From Botryllus schlosseri (taxonomy: Eukaryota): a DNA stretch of 64,000 nucleotides. The translations under genes and the position numbers were made by a program. The notes beneath the pieces were generated by a model that was not told the DNA's origin, ran no database searches, and worked only from the letters and a program-made list of their open reading frames with translations. Location: positions 24,058,001 to 24,122,000 of the forward strand of contig CM119371.1 of assembly GCA_051294905.1 (NCBI GenBank), read 5' to 3'. This document shows positions 62,066-64,000 of this stretch, piece after piece (position 1 is the first letter of the stretch; every line of letters begins with the position of its first letter).

Positions 62066-63502
62066 CAGAATATTTCTTCATCGTATCATAAAGGTTGATA
62101 CTATCTAGTGTTGTGGTTCACAACTTCACATGAGCGTTATATAATATGAGTGGCTTTGTTTGGAATACATTAATGTTAAAATTATTACTGGGTACAGTAC
62201 TAAATTCAATGTGAGCAGATATACCCATCCCAATCTCAGTTGACTTATTTATAGTTACACAAAGGACTAAGACCAAATCCAATACCATTAATCACCCCGT
62301 ATTGCCAATCGCAGATGTGAATTCGGGATGGTTCGAACCACAAGATATGAGACCGTACCCGATTGTTGTTATAACAACCTTTATTTGACCATGAATAATA
62401 TATATATAATATTATATGGTTTATTATAGTCGAATGGTCCTCGAGCGCGATTAAAACGCGAAATATTTACAACACCAACGTTCCGAAAAGACCGACTGGA
62501 CTTTGACCTCTTACCAGGACCAAAACTGCTGCAACCCAAACCCCCAATCGGTGAGCTCGAAGGGTGCCCTAAATTATTTCGGTGAATGAAGATAAGTTAC
62601 ACATCATGTTTTGACGACTCCCCCACGGAAGAATACGCATAATTATAGAAAATAGAAATTGGCGTCGGCCATTACCACGCCGCGATGCACGAAGACATAT
62701 GTAGTTCCGGTCAATATGGGACTCTTTTGACTATATAGCGGACAAGGGGTAACAAAATAACAACATGTAACGAATTAATTGTATCAACGGGCACGCCCGA
62801 ATACGTTCAATTATTAATTACGTTGCCTTTATTTACCAATACAACAGCGCACTCAGCGCTACTGGTAAATCTGATTATGAGGGCTGAAAGGATAAAAAGT
62901 TCATAGCGACATATATATGCAATTACCACCTATTCAGTCATGCATTATAGAAAATTTGGCGCCTAGGGCGACCAGGCCACACGAACTTTGCTGACCATCG
63001 CAATCACGCGACGGGGTTCTTGGGAGCAAAGCCCCCAGAAGTTTGGTTTATGACGCTATGGATGCGCAAGACAATCGTTTTTTAGGGGGGTGACGAAGTG
63101 CTGTTACGGACCTCCCTCTTACCCATTGTCTTTATTACATTCCTTACAATATGAGGTGGGGGGAATTGGGGCACGATAGTTTTTGGGAGGGGCGCTATAC
63201 GAAAAAAGGTTAAGAACCCCTGGTGTAAGTGATTAACTCAATATATTTGTATTTGAGAGCTACAAATAGAAATCTTCAGAATATTTCTTCATCGTTTCAT
63301 ACAGGATGATACTGTTTAGTGTTGTGACCCGCATCAGCACAGCGACGTTATATAATAGCCTATGGGTTGCTTTTGTATGGAATACATTCATGCTGAATTT
63401 AATAACTGGGTGCAGTGCTAAACTCAATGAGGGCAAAGATCTCTATCACTATCTCAGTTGATATACTATAGTCCAAGAAGGCAATAAAACAAAATCCAAT
63501 AC
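62066..63502. repeat. Diverged ~220-bp direct repeat pair (62066-62285 and 63277-63502)
   Basis: Both start CAGAATATTTCTTCATCGT and end ..AAATCCAATAC, with colinear internal motifs. Confidence 0.75.
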
Positions 63503-64000
63503 AAATAATATTGTCATCTTCAATGTTCCAAGAATAAAACATGGACATATCAAGGTCGTTTGGCTGTTCGATTGTCACCTGCCGACGAGGCGACGAGAAA
63601 GAGCGCTGCAGTCAAAATTCTAATAATTATTCCTAATCGCCAGACAACAATGCCACCCCATCTTTGTTGCACTGATGACCAGATTGCGTTGCAGTTACAA
63701 ATCGTCATTGACTGGAGCAAGTAATCTGTGTTTGTGTAGGCGCATGGCGGTTAACTCCAGGTATGCTTTGTATTTGAAGAGATTTGAGGTAGCCTGGGAT
63801 GATTTCCTTATGGAAAGCATTTGCGACCGCAAATTTGCAGCATTCGTAAGCCTACTGGCTATGTATTATTTATAATTAATGATGCCGTCTTATGGGACAT
63901 AAAGGGCGTTAGCAAAGTTAGCAAAGTCATTCGCTAGCCCCGACAGCAGTACTATTTAGTGTCGCATTAAGCATAGAATATTGTCACCTTTTTTACCGGT

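Overview
This is AT-rich eukaryotic DNA with small GT-AG introns, probably from an invertebrate animal (organism not determinable from sequence), and it is dominated by transposable elements. (1) A P-like foldback element with ~362-bp TIRs and an internal 243-bp tandem array lies at 3102-4765. (2) A near full-length but disabled L1/Tx1-type LINE (~4773-10553) has three hairpin-rich 5' monomers. (3) About 20 non-autonomous hAT-type elements are present, most with 8-bp TSDs, nested up to three or four deep. One hosts an 80-bp satellite and one carries a degenerate 28S rRNA fragment. (4) There are three tRNA-derived SINE copies. (5) There is a small set of intronless, disrupted XK-related (Xkr-like) membrane-protein genes and fragments. 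(6) A 10.4-kb CACTA/EnSpm element (47339-57727; perfect 24-bp TIRs, TA TSD) splits the RNase H domain of an I-group LINE. It carries a zinc-finger transposase (one extra T in a homopolymer) followed 58 nt downstream by an apparently intact 9-exon, 528-aa accessory gene, and all nested insertions fall in introns. All assignments were made by eye from motifs and boundaries; no database searches were run.
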